Shown here: positions 28,951 to 42,254 of the stretch, piece after piece
Numbering within the stretch: the first letter of the stretch is position 1
Layout: each line of letters begins with the position of its first letter
Source of the DNA: Octopus sinensis
Lineage: Eukaryota
Reading direction: 5' to 3'
DNA: 64,000 nt
Assembly (NCBI RefSeq): GCF_006345805.1
Contig: NC_043015.1
Location: 1,922,001-1,986,000, forward strand
Position numbers and translations under genes: made by a program
Notes under the pieces: model-generated
The model's input: only the letters and a program-made list of their open reading frames with translations
Databases searched by the model: none
What the model was told of the DNA's origin: nothing

Positions 28951-29316
28951 CATATATAGTCCCGAAGAAATGTACACAGGCACACATAAATTTGGTGATA
29001 CAGTAAAACATATCTTTCCATTCCTTAGCCAAACACTGGGTTTATGTCACCTGTAAACTCACTTATACGCGGACACAGATACACATTTTTACTAATCTTT
29101 CCTTATCCGACGATCGCTTGTTGGATCTGACGTATAATTGTGCCACCAACTGGAATTCTAGTGTCCAGTTCAGCTTCCTGTGTTATGTTGAATTTAAGCA
29201 TTGTGTCTGGAAGAGACAAAATGTTTACATTCATCACATTGATCGTTATCAGTTTTATAGACATATCTTATATTATGTTATAAAAAGAATATAACGTAAT
29301 ATAATATAATATAATA

Positions 29317-29594
29317 TCACGTGATCGACCAGTCCATCAGATGTAGTTACACATCGCTGGTCACAATGCGTTCGCATTGTTTTAACCTTCGAATGACGCC
29401 ACCCCGCTGGCTAAGCGAGTAGGCCAACAGAAAAAAGAATGGTGAAAGCGTACAACAGGGATCACCACCCCCTCTCTCAGAGCGTCGTGGAGCTTTTAGG
29501 TGTTTTCGCTTAATAAACACTCACAACGCCCGGTCTGGGTATCGAAACCACGACCGCGAGTCCGCTGCCCTAACCACTGGGCCATTGCGCCTCC
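29317..29594 (-). mobile_element. SINE family D head with an alternative tail, inserted in an (ATAAT)n run
   Basis: Head GGAGGCGCAATGGCCCAGTGGTTAGGGCAGCGGACTCGCGG as at 45289 and 63914; the tail differs from the 44902 copy. Confidence 0.9.
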
Positions 29595-30762
29595 ATAATA
29601 TAATATGATATAATATAATAATATTGTCTACAGACAGTAATTTCATACATATGTGTGTCGCTAAACATGAATTGGAAACTCTCTTTCATTATAACCGAAC
29701 CGCTGCATTATTTATTTCGTTTTTCGTTGTATGCAATGAAGGTCAGGTTAAACTAACCTTCCATTGATTTCCAACCTGCTCGTTCAACTAAGTAGATCAT
29801 ATCTCACGCTGTGTCTCATACGAATCTTCTCCCTGTTGAGCCTCTTCTCTCGTATCCCACACATCACTTCCTACATCTTTAATTCACATATTTTATCATC
29901 TCTTCATCTCATTTCCCGGCTGCAACATTAAACCTACTTATATATATTTTTCAGTACCTTCTAAGAAACAACGGATCATTAGCATTCTTTCTAATTTCTC
30001 ACGATAACAAAACCTCCATCCGCTGACCTTTTCATTCCCATTCTTTTTCCCGAATTTTTGTAATGAGATTCATGGATTTTGTCACAATCAGAAATTCAAA
30101 TATATATATATATAAGAAAAAACATGAGTTACAGTGCCAGAATAATATCTGTAATTATTATTATATAACTACCACGATTACGTAAGCTTACGGGTGCGTG
30201 TGTGTGCTTAAGAATGAGAGAGAGATAGAGGATATTAACGAGTGTGTGTATGTGTGTGAGAGTGTGTTATTATTTGTGCGTATAACTTTTTATTCATACG
30301 GTAAAAGTTGTAGAAAATTGATACAACTAACTCAGTGGAAATATTGATTATTGATTTTAAAATTTCCGGATAAATCCCTTACCGATTCGTTTATATTATG
30401 CCTATATGTGGCAAACCGTTATATTTAACACTAAAGAGTTACAAAAAGGCAGGATGTGGGACCACAGATCTTTGAAAAATGTATGGCACCATTTTTTCTT
30501 AAAAACGAACACACACAAAAGCAAACACAAAGAAGCATGTTCAGCTATTACAAATTGTTATAATTATGTAACTCTTACCGGCAGGTCCTTTACGCTGCAA
30601 CATTATTTGACAGAAGGATGCATAACTTAACGAAAGAAACAGTAGTAGTAAAGAAACATGTGTCTTGAGAGCATACATACATGCATATATATATATATAC
30701 ATATATATATATTAAACAATAGTAAATCTCTGAACGAGGCATAAACAGTAGCTGCACGACAA

Positions 30763-31126
30763 TGTGAAGCATATATACCACTTAAATGTAGCTGACCAGA
30801 AAGGGTGGATGCTACTGTAGTTTGTAGCCCCAGGAGAACATCTTCTCCAGCTGGCTTTTGACACACCTTCTGTAACCTATCAGTATTTGAAAAGGGTAGC
30901 CATTCTTCCCATCGTCGACCTGACGACGGATAAATACCCAGAAACCCGGGTCCGTAGGTATCACATCAGGTCGACAATGGGAAGGATGGCTTCCCTTTGC
31001 AAATACTGATAGGGCACAGGAAGTGTGTCAATAGCCAGCTGGAGAAGATGTTCTCCTGGGTCTACAAACTACAGTAACATCCACCCTTAGTGGTTAGCCA
31101 CATTTACGTGGCATATATACTTCACA
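30763..31126. mobile_element. Palindromic (foldback) element with ~160-bp arms and a hammerhead-like core in the loop
   Basis: 30763-30923 is the reverse complement of 30966-31126 with scattered mismatches. Loop region has CTGACGA (30920-30926) and GAAAC-CCGG-GTC (30941-30952). Confidence 0.85.
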
Positions 31127-31929
31127 CATATATATTATTTTCTAGAAATTGCAATCATCCTTACCTCTGAGTTACTCTTCTCTCCTACGTTTGCTTTTGC
31201 CGTTCTTTTACTAAATTCTTAACCTCAAGTGAAAAGTTGTTTTAGCGAAGAAAAAGCAAAACAAAAAGAAAAGCAAAAAAGAAAAGGAAAAAATTCAGTT
31301 TGGTTTAAATGTATGTGATTTGGTTGGAGGCTTACTAGATGATCTGGACATATCCTATATAATGTGTAGGGAATTCTAAGGCAGTTCCATTATTTAAAAT
31401 TCTTCTTGAAGCCATTTCCCTTAAGTCGTTTGTATGCTTTAAAATTTTTGCATAGCTTTGACTCATAATCAGCTTTAATTCCAATTTCAAAAACATCATG
31501 AACAGGGAGAGAGGAACTCCAAGGATATCAAAAAAACAGAAAAAATACACGTAACTTTCTTTAAGATTCTCGAATGTTTCTTTTGAGATCCGTATTTGAA
31601 TCATATCCAACATCATAGAGTGGAATACTAAATGTTTTGCTTCATTCGGTTTGTTCACTTGGCACATTATGAATAAATCTCATCAGAGTTCATATTACAT
31701 CAGCAGTTTGATTGAAGAAGTACGGAAGCACAGGCATAAACTGTGATTAATGAAATTAGTTGTACGTACGCCAGGCATCATGTATTAATGTATAACATCT
31801 CTTATACCCACAAAACAGCATCAGCAGACATAATGTATTTTGTCATGTACGGAGAGGTTGCCAGTAATTCATTGACAGGAAGTTACTGGCGGTAATGGTT
31901 TTCCACCATTAAAATCCGAGGATTCATTT

Positions 31930-32015
31930 GTTCGATCAACTGAATTACCTGCTCCGTAATTAACGTATAAGTGGCTGTGTATCCCATAGACGTGTGCACC
32001 CTTAATGTAATTAGC
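31930..32015 (-). mobile_element. Degenerate fragment of the SINE family D tail
   Basis: GATCAACTGAATTACCTGCTCCGTAATTAACGTATAAGTGGCTG resembles 44945-45025. Confidence 0.55.
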
Positions 32016-32264
32016 GGCAGAATGTGAACTGCATTATATACGACAGGACAAAATCTTTGAAATACAAACGCAATCCATGAGACGGGCTGCTATTCCCTTT
32101 CAATCTCCCGACATTTAATCCCAAATTATGTTAATAAGAAGAAGCATAAATTGTTATCTACCCAAAATAGCCATGGAACCCGAAACCCCACGGAGGCAAC
32201 TTAAAATTATTAAGCATTCGAGTATATTATACATACACAGCACAAAGCCAGCAATTACAAATTA

Positions 32265-32446
32265 CACAAGGCCAGCAATTTCAGGGGAGGGGGACAGTGG
32301 ATTACATTGACCCCAGTTGTCCACTGGTACTTGCTTTATCGACTCTGAAAATATGAAAGGGAAGGTTCACCTCGGCGTAATTTGAACTTAGAATGCAAAA
32401 AGTCGGTTGAACTGCCGCTAAGCAATGAAGCCAGCTTACCGCACCT
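32265..32446 (-). mobile_element. Degenerate SINE family A copy
   Basis: CACAAGGCCAGCAATTT tail, ACTGGTAC..TTTATCGAC core, CCTCGGCG.AATTTGAAC B-box. Confidence 0.75.
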
Positions 32447-34143
32447 TGCTCGTAGTAAGTAATATTAACTCACATATATTGATATAGGCAGATTCTAATC
32501 TGGAGGAATGGTGCACTGATAGGAAAGGATTATTTTTCCTAGCAGAGGAAACTAGATAGAGAGTAAATGATATTTTTCCTTATCTAACAGACGAGTTTGT
32601 ATGATATTTCCACAAACAAATCTGGCAATGACATTCTTATACAGACGCAACTAAAATCTAATATAGTTTTTTAGGTTCACAAAAAGAATACAGAAATTAT
32701 TCCGCTCTCAAATTATTCACGATAATAAATTTGATAATGATATTTAATAATAATATTTCAAATGATTGTGTACATTTTGCGTATTAATTTGCTTGTTTGT
32801 TGTTTTTTTTTTTGTACTTTTGTCATTTTCTAATATATTATTTATAAATCAAACAAGAAAAAAAAAGAGGTAAACAATATCATTCTTAACCAACAAATCA
32901 GATATAGTTTTCACGTATGAAATAAAATAATTACAGAAATAGGTGGAAGAAAAAAGTTTTATAATAATTTAAATAGAAGCAGCAATAACAGATACAAAAA
33001 CTAAGAAATAATACTAACAGCTCCAAAACAGAAGGAAATTGGAGTTGTGATATGTCCTTTGACATCCACATTCTGTGTTCAAGTCTCATCGTAGTCGACG
33101 GAGAATTTAAATACATCCCAGAGAAACCATATACACACACATTCGCACACACATGTATGTATGCACGTATGTATGTGTATATCTTTTTTTTCAGATTATG
33201 TCTGTTGTTGCTTAGTGAGTGGGATTGTCTCTATGCACAGCCTTTCCTCACTTTAAAAAAAATCTTCTTGCACAGGCATTGTACGATAACAACATTGATT
33301 AAACTTCGTGCAATGGCCATACTCGATAACGAGGGGGCAGCCACCATGTGTGTATCTATATATTCTTACATACGTACATACATGCATGCATACATACATA
33401 CATAAATATTTTTTATTCTTTTACTCTTGCATAGCAGCAATTTAATAAGCATGCAGCTTCAGTGCTGTGATGCTCCTCAATTCAAAAGGGATTGCACTTA
33501 TTCTGTTGCAGTATCCTCAGTCTTTCTATGATTGTTCAAGCAGTTTTGGGTCGATTTTAGGAATTTTGTTTTCACTGTCAGTTTTGATCAGAAATTATTG
33601 AGTGTGCTTTCTGTTATTCCTATGTAGCAGACGAATGTGTTGCAGCATATTTCTAGTCTCTACTTTCTAGATCTAAACTTTCAGGCGACACGGTAAAATT
33701 CAAGTGTTATTTCCATGCAAGCAGCGATGATTTAGTAATTCACGCAACATGCAATCTAATTTGTGCCCCGAAATAAGAATGTGTGTGAAATAGTAACTAA
33801 TAGTCGTCGTATAGAAAGAGACAAAATAAGTTGTGATTGGGTAATTCTAGCTGAAACAATAAACGGAATTGACTTAACTGAGCATCATTTTCTGATACGT
33901 CTGTCCAGTCATGGCTAATCTAAATGGGAAACAACGAATTTATTACTCCCGACACACCATTACCTATATTATCAGACCAAGCCCAGAAAAGACCTGGAAG
34001 TAATAAGTATACCATTTTTTATGAAAATCGTCTCCCTTGCACATTAGAAAAATTCAAGATGTTGATGACTACACTGCAGCCGATCATTTCAAATCGGCTG
34101 AGTAAGAGCCACCTAATAACGGCAGGAGTAGTAGTAGCAGCAG

Positions 34144-34175
<32 letters not shown>

Positions 34176-34413
34176 ACAACAACAATGACTTCTCTGCCAC
34201 CAACACCAGTCGAATATATGGGGCCTTTAATCTGTGAGTCACCTTGCTAGAAATTGATCGCACCCCTCGGTGAAATACACAGTGATTAGTATAGTCTTAC
34301 TAGATATACTATGTCTGAGAATAATATTCAGTCAGTATTGTCACGGTTGGAACTGATTTGATCTTATTCTCAGCTCGGTCTGGAGTGACATGAATCTATA
34401 TGCTATGAAATAA

Positions 34414-34646
34414 AAGGCGGCGAGCTGGCAGAAACGTTAGCACGCCGGGCGAAATGCGTGGCCGTATTTCGTCTGCCGTTACGTTCTGAGTTCAAATTCC
34501 GCCGAGGTCGACTTTGCCTTTCATCCTTTCGGGGTCGATAAATTAAGTACCAGTTACGCACTGGGGTCGATGTAATCGACTTAATCCCTTTGTCTGTCCT
34601 TGTTTGTCCTCTCTGTGTTTAGCCCCTTGTGGGTACTAAAGAAATA
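34414..34646 (+). mobile_element. Young full-length SINE family A with 13-bp TSD
   Basis: TSD TATATGCTATGAA at 34397-34409 and 34647-34659. Confidence 0.95.
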
Positions 34647-35117
34647 TATATGCTATGAATACCACCAATTACAACACGAATATTTCGACATGATTTGTGA
34701 AGCTGTTAGAAACGATAGATAAAACTTCTAGTAACCACACCGTATACCTTAAATAAGAGGTAAAATGAATTCTCAACTTCATGATATATACAAAAACTAT
34801 ACGTCTGCGGCAGGAACACTTTATATCTTCGGTAATCTCGATCAACAACAAGACAAAAACAAATTCCTCCTCCTCCTTATCATCATAATTATCATCATCA
34901 TTATCAGTATCAGCATCGTCATTCACAAAGAATCGTACATCTAAAACGTCGACTTGCCTTCATTATGCCATATGCTTATACACACTCTCACCGTATACTA
35001 AGGCTGTATTTTCCAAGATAGAGTTGCGTAAAGTAAATCGTAATATTCACGGAAAACAGCGATATTCGAAACGGTGGCTTACATATTTATGCTTAATACT
35101 AACCGGTCTATTAGAAT

Positions 35118-35540
35118 AAAGCGGCGAGCTGGCAGAAACGTTAGCACGCCGGGCGAAAATGCGTAGCGGTATTTCGTCTGCCGCTACGTTCTGAGTTCAA
35201 ATTCCGCCGAGGTCGACATTGCGTTTCATCCTTTCGGGGTCGATAAATTAAGTACCAGTTGCGCACTGGGGTCGATGTAATCGACTTAATACCTATGTCT
35301 GTCCTTGTTTGTCCCCTCTGTGTTTAGCCCCTTGTGTGTAATAAAGAAATAGGTATTTCGTCTGCCGCTACGTTCTGAGTTCAAATTCCACCGAGGTCGA
35401 CTTTGCGTTTCCTCCTTTCGATGTCGATTAAATAAGTACCAGTTACGCACTGGGGTCGATATAATCGACTTAATCCGTTTGTCTGTTCTTCTTTGTCCTC
35501 TCCGTGTTTAGCCCCTTGTGGGTAGTAAAGAAATAGGTAA
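35118..35540 (+). mobile_element. SINE family A tandem dimer (full unit 35118-35351 plus head-less unit 35352-35540)
   Basis: Second unit restarts at the internal GGTATTTCGTCTGCC. ATTAGAA flanks both ends (35110-35116 and 35541-35547). Confidence 0.92.
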
Positions 35541-38489
35541 ATTAGAAAGGGAATATGGTAATTTCTGCTTTGTTTCCTCACAAGAGAACGGCTTATTTAC
35601 CGAGAATACGTGTTCATAACACAATCAATTCATTAATAAATGTATGTTACTGTTTAAGTATTTTTCATTAGCAGTACATGGAAATTTATTTATGCTGAAG
35701 TAGAAGCTAATATATATTTTGTCTCTGGGATACTAGAACAGTATTCGTGCCAAACATTTTGATTTATCGCTTTTCCAGATATATTGCTGTCAAAATAATT
35801 TTTAAATACAAAGAAACATTTAATCTTGATCAACGTCACGATTTTACTAAATTATCAAATATAATTACTGACACATAGCAAGCTACAGAAATCACACGAC
35901 TATGTAACTACTGCGAAAGTATTTATCTTTCATTGTTATTGTAGTTTAGTACACAATTCGTAGGCTGGAAGACAAATGCAAATCGTTAAATAGGAAATGG
36001 ACAAGTTCTGCAATATCAACATTTGAACAAATTGTTCTTATTTATCAAATTTTTTCAATGCGATACATTTGCCTTTTTCTATTTATTTCATAAGAGAGGT
36101 TTCTTTCTTTGCCTTTTTTACTTCGTTGTTGTTGAGGGTGATTTTTACAGTCAGCTCCTTGCAAATCCGTCAAACCTCTTTGATAAATTTTTCTTTGAAC
36201 AGGCAACCATTTTGAATGTAAATCGATAAGTATTCATTGCGCAGCCAACATCTTCCACTTCATTAGCCCCAATTCAAAAGCTCTTTTACAACTGTCATAG
36301 TTTTGAGACTATAAGAAATGCCAAAAGAATCTTCTAGAATCAACAACACGAACAAAAACCACAAAATGAAAGAATTACGTGCAAAAATAAACGAAAACGA
36401 GGGTGGGAGAAGCAGGAAAGAACGAGAGAGAAAGCGAGAAAGAACGGCTGAGAGAGGGGGGAAGAGAGAGACAGAGAAATAGAGAGAAAGGAAAACAAAA
36501 CAAGTAGGAAAAGCTATGAATACCTTATTAATTGAAAATTATAGAAAACTGCATGCAACATTATCGAAGTGCTGATTATGCTTCAGGGAAATACAGTTAT
36601 AATGTAGAAATTCAATGTTGTTTGTTAAGATGATTTTGTTTAGCCATGCTGTGTTTGTTTAACTTCATTGTATTGATTAGACGTATGATCACGGGCGTTC
36701 CATGCATGACAATCCTGTCTATATATTTAGAACATTGCTTAATGAGTTCTTCCTTTTTTTAAAAAAGACTAAGGATGTGGTAGACTGAATCTAAAGTCGT
36801 TTCAAATAGATGCCGCACAGTTAGAAGTAAATATTTGAAGGGGAAAATACAAAATAGATCTGAGTATCAGGGAGTTCGGAGAAAGCATAAATTCGGTTTT
36901 TATTCTGATTGAATCTCATTTTTATTGTCATTTTATAATTAGCTTATTGGACCTCAGGTGTTACTATTTTAGCCTTTGTATAACGAGAGCTAAACCTATA
37001 AATTAGACAGGTAAGATAACGAAATTTGATCGTGTTTCTGCTTAGCCGCAGAACATTTCTGATTAAATGAATATTATTGCCTTAACTGTCACTTTGTTTG
37101 TGCAAATCTAGAAATAACAATGTTCAATATTTATTTAATTTTATAGGCAATGAGGAATAATTTAAGAGATATCTATAATTCCAAATACCAAATATGTTAC
37201 TTAGCTGGGCACATTTAACGATGGCAGCTGTGGCCTACATTTCAAATAATAATTTCTGTCTTAATATACTGGATATTTTTATAGTTGGGAATGCTTTCAA
37301 ATCGATAAATTGCCTTCACTTTTGATGCTTTCTGAGATAAACGCCACTACCGAGTTGTATCTATTCCTCTATATTGTATCTATATTTCGAATACACTTTA
37401 TTTTATCTTAAATGTTTGGCTGGAATTTTGCTTGTATTTCATAATATCTCATACATGAAAGGTATATTTCGCAATATGTACATAAATAAAATTCTGGACG
37501 TTTTCAATGGCTTCCCTATGATTTCCTTGATGTCTCCACGTACCGCTAGCTTTGGAGAAATATATCAGAACACGAATAAGAATGAGTCCATTTCTTCTTT
37601 CGAAAGAATAACCATGACTTTCTTCGTCGATTTCTAACTCTTAAAGTTCTTAGATCCTCCTGAATAAGAGTGACACACGCCCACATTTCATATTCTATCA
37701 CCAGTTCGGATAAACGTGTATTGATTGGGTTCAAACACCTTGAGTATATCAGCCATAGACTTTTACTATTTTCCTCTGTCTTCAAATAGCATGTAACCAG
37801 CTGAGACATCTACCCTGTGCACATTTTAAATGCCCCTTATCTTTTATTATCTACCGCAAAATATTCTGATCACAGAGGAATTGTGCAGCAAATTCACAAA
37901 TTGCGATTCGTTTGTTCGTGTGAATCAATTGTTCTAGTCTCTCATAATTAGTATCAATGGCTGCTTTAAATACTCTCCCACTTTTTCGATTGTTGGTTAC
38001 TGCATACTTCATCTTCAAAACATTTCATCACTCTGTTTACACTGCATTTGTCACTGATTTTGTTTCTGCAAACACTGTAGTCTTTCGTATATATCAGATA
38101 TCCGGCACTCACCCCCAATACCAAAGGCTCCACAAATATGATAAATGGTTGTTGCTTCGACTTAAAACCTATGATATGTGTAACTGAAGAATAATAATAG
38201 TTACATTGAAGAAAGAACTCCTTTACCAAACTTGGTAATTAGAAAACTTTAATATAAATTAATAATAACAAGCCATGCACATTCTTGTATTTCTTACTGG
38301 AAAAATTATGGAAATATTCTATTTCCCTAACAGAGTGATTGTCACTGTACTTTAACAGAGGAACTAATGAGCCAGTCTCAATTAAATAACTTAGCGCCGT
38401 AGAAATAACAGTCAGACTCAAGCTTCCCCAAAACAACTCTCACATATTAAATAAAATATGAATTGGGCAGCCGTGGTTGTCTTGACTAG

Positions 38490-38689
38490 AAGGCCAGTGG
38501 TCATATATATGTGATAGATCGTTAACCACTACACACATTTTTTCTCGTTTTTTCTGAGTCCCTTTTCTGTTGAAGAACGTAGGCTCGAAACGTAAAATAC
38601 TTTTTCTACTCCTGAGCGTTATACTAATACATCTGTTTCTTTTGTACACCACCTGTCTTTGTCTTTTGATTTTTTCGTAAACTCCCCCG

Positions 38690-38692
<3 letters not shown>
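38490..38692 (+). mobile_element. Penelope-like terminal-repeat-type element with a hammerhead-like motif, abutting (TA)n
   Basis: TTTT-CTGTTGA-A-GAAC-GTAG-GCTC-GAAACGTA-AAA at 38563-38597. Assignment rests on the motif only. Confidence 0.5.
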
Positions 38693-38745
<53 letters not shown>

Positions 38746-39199
38746 TCCATAACAATTTATCTGGGCATAAAACAAGTTTAACCATAACAACAACATATGA
38801 ATATCATAGAAATAGAGCTTTTCTTTTCGGAGATGTAAAACTGGAGTATAAAGTCTGCCCTAGAAGTAGAAAGGACATACTCGACGGCTTAAAGAGTCGA
38901 GAATGAATACAGTAGGGAAATATATTGAGCGTGCTGTCAAAGTCTTACGCTTACAACAAAGAAAATGTATATACTTAATGGCGATCAACCGACTGACACA
39001 GAATAAAGACGGTAGAATGATGATAGGTTCTCTGTCAAATTTAGTTGTCTGTATTCATGAGAAATAAGAACGCAATGGACTATAATCACTATAAAGAAGA
39101 TCAACCATGTGACTTCACTTGGATTCGAATACAGCAACAAAAACAACACGTCAATCAATTTTTTCCCGTTATTATAGAATAACAATAACAAGGACTGCA

Positions 39200-39206
39200 C
39201 TTTTGC

Positions 39207-39268
<62 letters not shown>

Positions 39269-39485
39269 TATGCATACATATATACATATATATATATTGT
39301 ACATACATGCATATATATATACATACATATATATATATACATATGCATACATATATACATACATATGTATATATATATACATATATATATATGTACATAC
39401 ATATATATATACATACATACATATATATATATACATATGCATACATATATACATACATATGTATACATGTACATACATACATACA

Positions 39486-39522
<37 letters not shown>

Positions 39523-39650
39523 GCACATATATATATATATACATATATATACATATACATATATATAACGTTAATAATATGTATATCTATATATACGTGT
39601 GTGTGTTTGTGTGTGTATGTATACATATATATATATATATATATATATGT
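39200..39650. repeat. (TA)n/(TACA)n microsatellite field
   Basis: Direct reading. Confidence 0.95.
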
Positions 39651-41299
39651 ACATAAAGAAAGGGAAATACAGGCAGTGAGATATTACACACACACACATA
39701 TAGGATAAGAAATATAGGTTGCTAAATAACCTAATTACGGGTCAAATGTTACCTGCTACTCTCCGTTCAGATGCTATTCAGCCATTTCATACAAGGCAGC
39801 TAACGATTACATGATAAATTATTAACTTTTCGGCACAAGTTTATATTTTCTTTTAAACTAGTCTTTATTTGATTTCTTTACAACATTTATTTCCCAATGG
39901 TTCTTTATATGTTATTATGATATCAAGATTTATCAGACATTTTTTTTTTGTTTTTATCTTTGTAGAATCCCTTAGCAAAACAATATTAACCATGCAAACA
40001 CTTCTTTATGATCTATGCGTGAGTTTGGTTGTACGCATGTACGAATGAATTTTTCCAATAGAGAAAACCGGCAAGTCTTCGACAAGACTCAGTATTTGAC
40101 CTGTAACTTATTAATTTCATCAGTGTATCTTCCTGACCATTAACAGTGAATTCTGAATATAAGGATATGATAATATAAATCATATCTTAACATCTCCGCA
40201 GTTATTATTGAAGGTCAGCTGTTGAAACTATTGATACGTAAATCTAATTTATCATTCGCCAAACGATCCTCTCTGTGTAAATTCATATATATTCGTTTTA
40301 AACTTGACTGAAGTATCAAAATCAATGGCTACACTGACAATGGGGAGAAAACCAACAATAAATATTTTCAGATCAAAGCATTCACAGGTTTCAGTTGCCA
40401 GTTTGACCCGATATCAATTATATGTCTGTAAGAACGAAATCTGTACTATATCGCCTTGAATATATTTGCATTACAACGACACATTAGTCAATATTAACAA
40501 AGAAGAACTTAAATGAAACACAAACTGCATTTCATCAAAAGTGATATTACAGACAAGGTTATTAATTAGTATATAAATTGTCGACTTGAAAGCTGCTTCC
40601 GGACATTGTCGCTATAATAGCAGAGAATTTAGGGACGAATCAGAGAGATATAAACCAGAATTTTTTGTACTGCATCTAAAGCACTATAAGTGAAGAACGA
40701 AAAGTTGAAATAAAATATAAATACTCTGTCAGTAGTCGGTGTGATTAATTCACCAGGAAATACCTTTTAAACCTACACTCCATTAATGTAGTAGTAGTAG
40801 TAGTAAAATAATAAGAATATAATACGAATAACAGCAGCAGCAGAAGCAACAAGGGCAACAACACCAGTTGCAAAAAAACAACAATAATAATAACGAACGC
40901 ATGAACAAAATATGAATAGATATTACTCTTACTCGAGGGATCATCTCTGAATTGAGATTCATTTCTTGAATTCTCGTAAGTAGGCCAAGAAAACTACGAA
41001 CACCAAATAATAACAATGCGAGCAAATTTTCGTTGCAAAATATTTGAACAAAATTACACATTAAATAATGTTTGCTGTCTTCAATTATTGGTTCAGAAGT
41101 CGATCCTGTTGGTTTCCATGAATATGCCATACAATTCCAAACATTAACGCTCTTAGGAAGCCAATGCTAATATTTGGAAGTGTTGTAAAAATATATCTTA
41201 TGTAAAATATACTGGAATATAATATAATATAATATAAATTTACCGCGGGCATCATGAATTATGCATAAAGCATGAATACACTGTGCGAATGTACATAGA

Positions 41300-41582
<283 letters not shown>

Positions 41583-41589
41583 AGTTCAT

Positions 41590-41795
41590 CCAAACAAGAA
41601 AGCACAAAAAAAAACACAACAATGCGAGGACGTGGAACAAATATAGAATTATTGGACGCTCAGGAAAGAAGGAAAGAAGGAGGGTTCAACGTCTCGAGCG
41701 GAGCTCTTCGTCGAAAACATAGGAGAAGGAAAAATCCAGAGAAGGGAAGACAGAGGAAAAGAAATCGCCTACGGTACACACGCGGTCATATGTGT
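41590..41795 (-). mobile_element. Element related to 38490-38692 in opposite orientation, with a degenerate hammerhead-like motif, between TA arrays
   Basis: Minus strand TTT-TCGACGA-A-GAGC-TCC-GCTC-GAGACGTT; shares ACGCTCAGGA with the 38.6-kb element. Confidence 0.45.
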
Positions 41796-41845
41796 AAATA
41801 CATGTATGTGTGTATATATTTATATATATATATATATATATATAT

Positions 41846-42135
41846 TTGTATTAAGGGCGTTACTACACGTAAATGCTTCACGCTATGAAGGTCCCTTAAA
41901 GTCAAAACTATCATAGTAAATACAGCGTACCGAACGCGAGGTAATGCAACTCTTGAAGCGAACTCTTAAAAACAGATTCAACCGCATATCATATGGTTTC
42001 ATAGTTAGCATACAAAATACACTTTCTAATCGCCAGTGCAAGCATAATCAAGACACATAAAAATGAACAAAAAATAAACCTACCAGATGAACACTAAATG
42101 TATCCCGTATAGTACATAGAGATGTTTACTCTTAT
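41846..42135 (+). mobile_element. Partial copy of the foldback family (inner part of left arm plus internal region)
   Basis: Direct repeat of ~42345-42620 (CTTAAAGTCAAAACTA, GCAACTCTTGAAGCG.ACTCTTAAAAACAGATTCA). Confidence 0.8.
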
Positions 42136-42254
42136 ATATCTATGTAAGAGGTGGGCGTTTCGCATTGCATCTCGCTACACGTGTATATTCAGAATAAATT
42201 CAGCACTGAATATATTCCCGTTGAATTTAAAATTTTGAAATTTTAATATCGGAT

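Noticed and set aside
38113-38183. 71-nt minus-strand exon-like segment (TTCTTCAG acceptor, GGG|GTGAGT donor; VTHIIGFKSKQQPFIIFVEPLVLG)
   Set aside because: No recognisable homology, and its phase does not join the 52.6-kb candidate directly; chance level.
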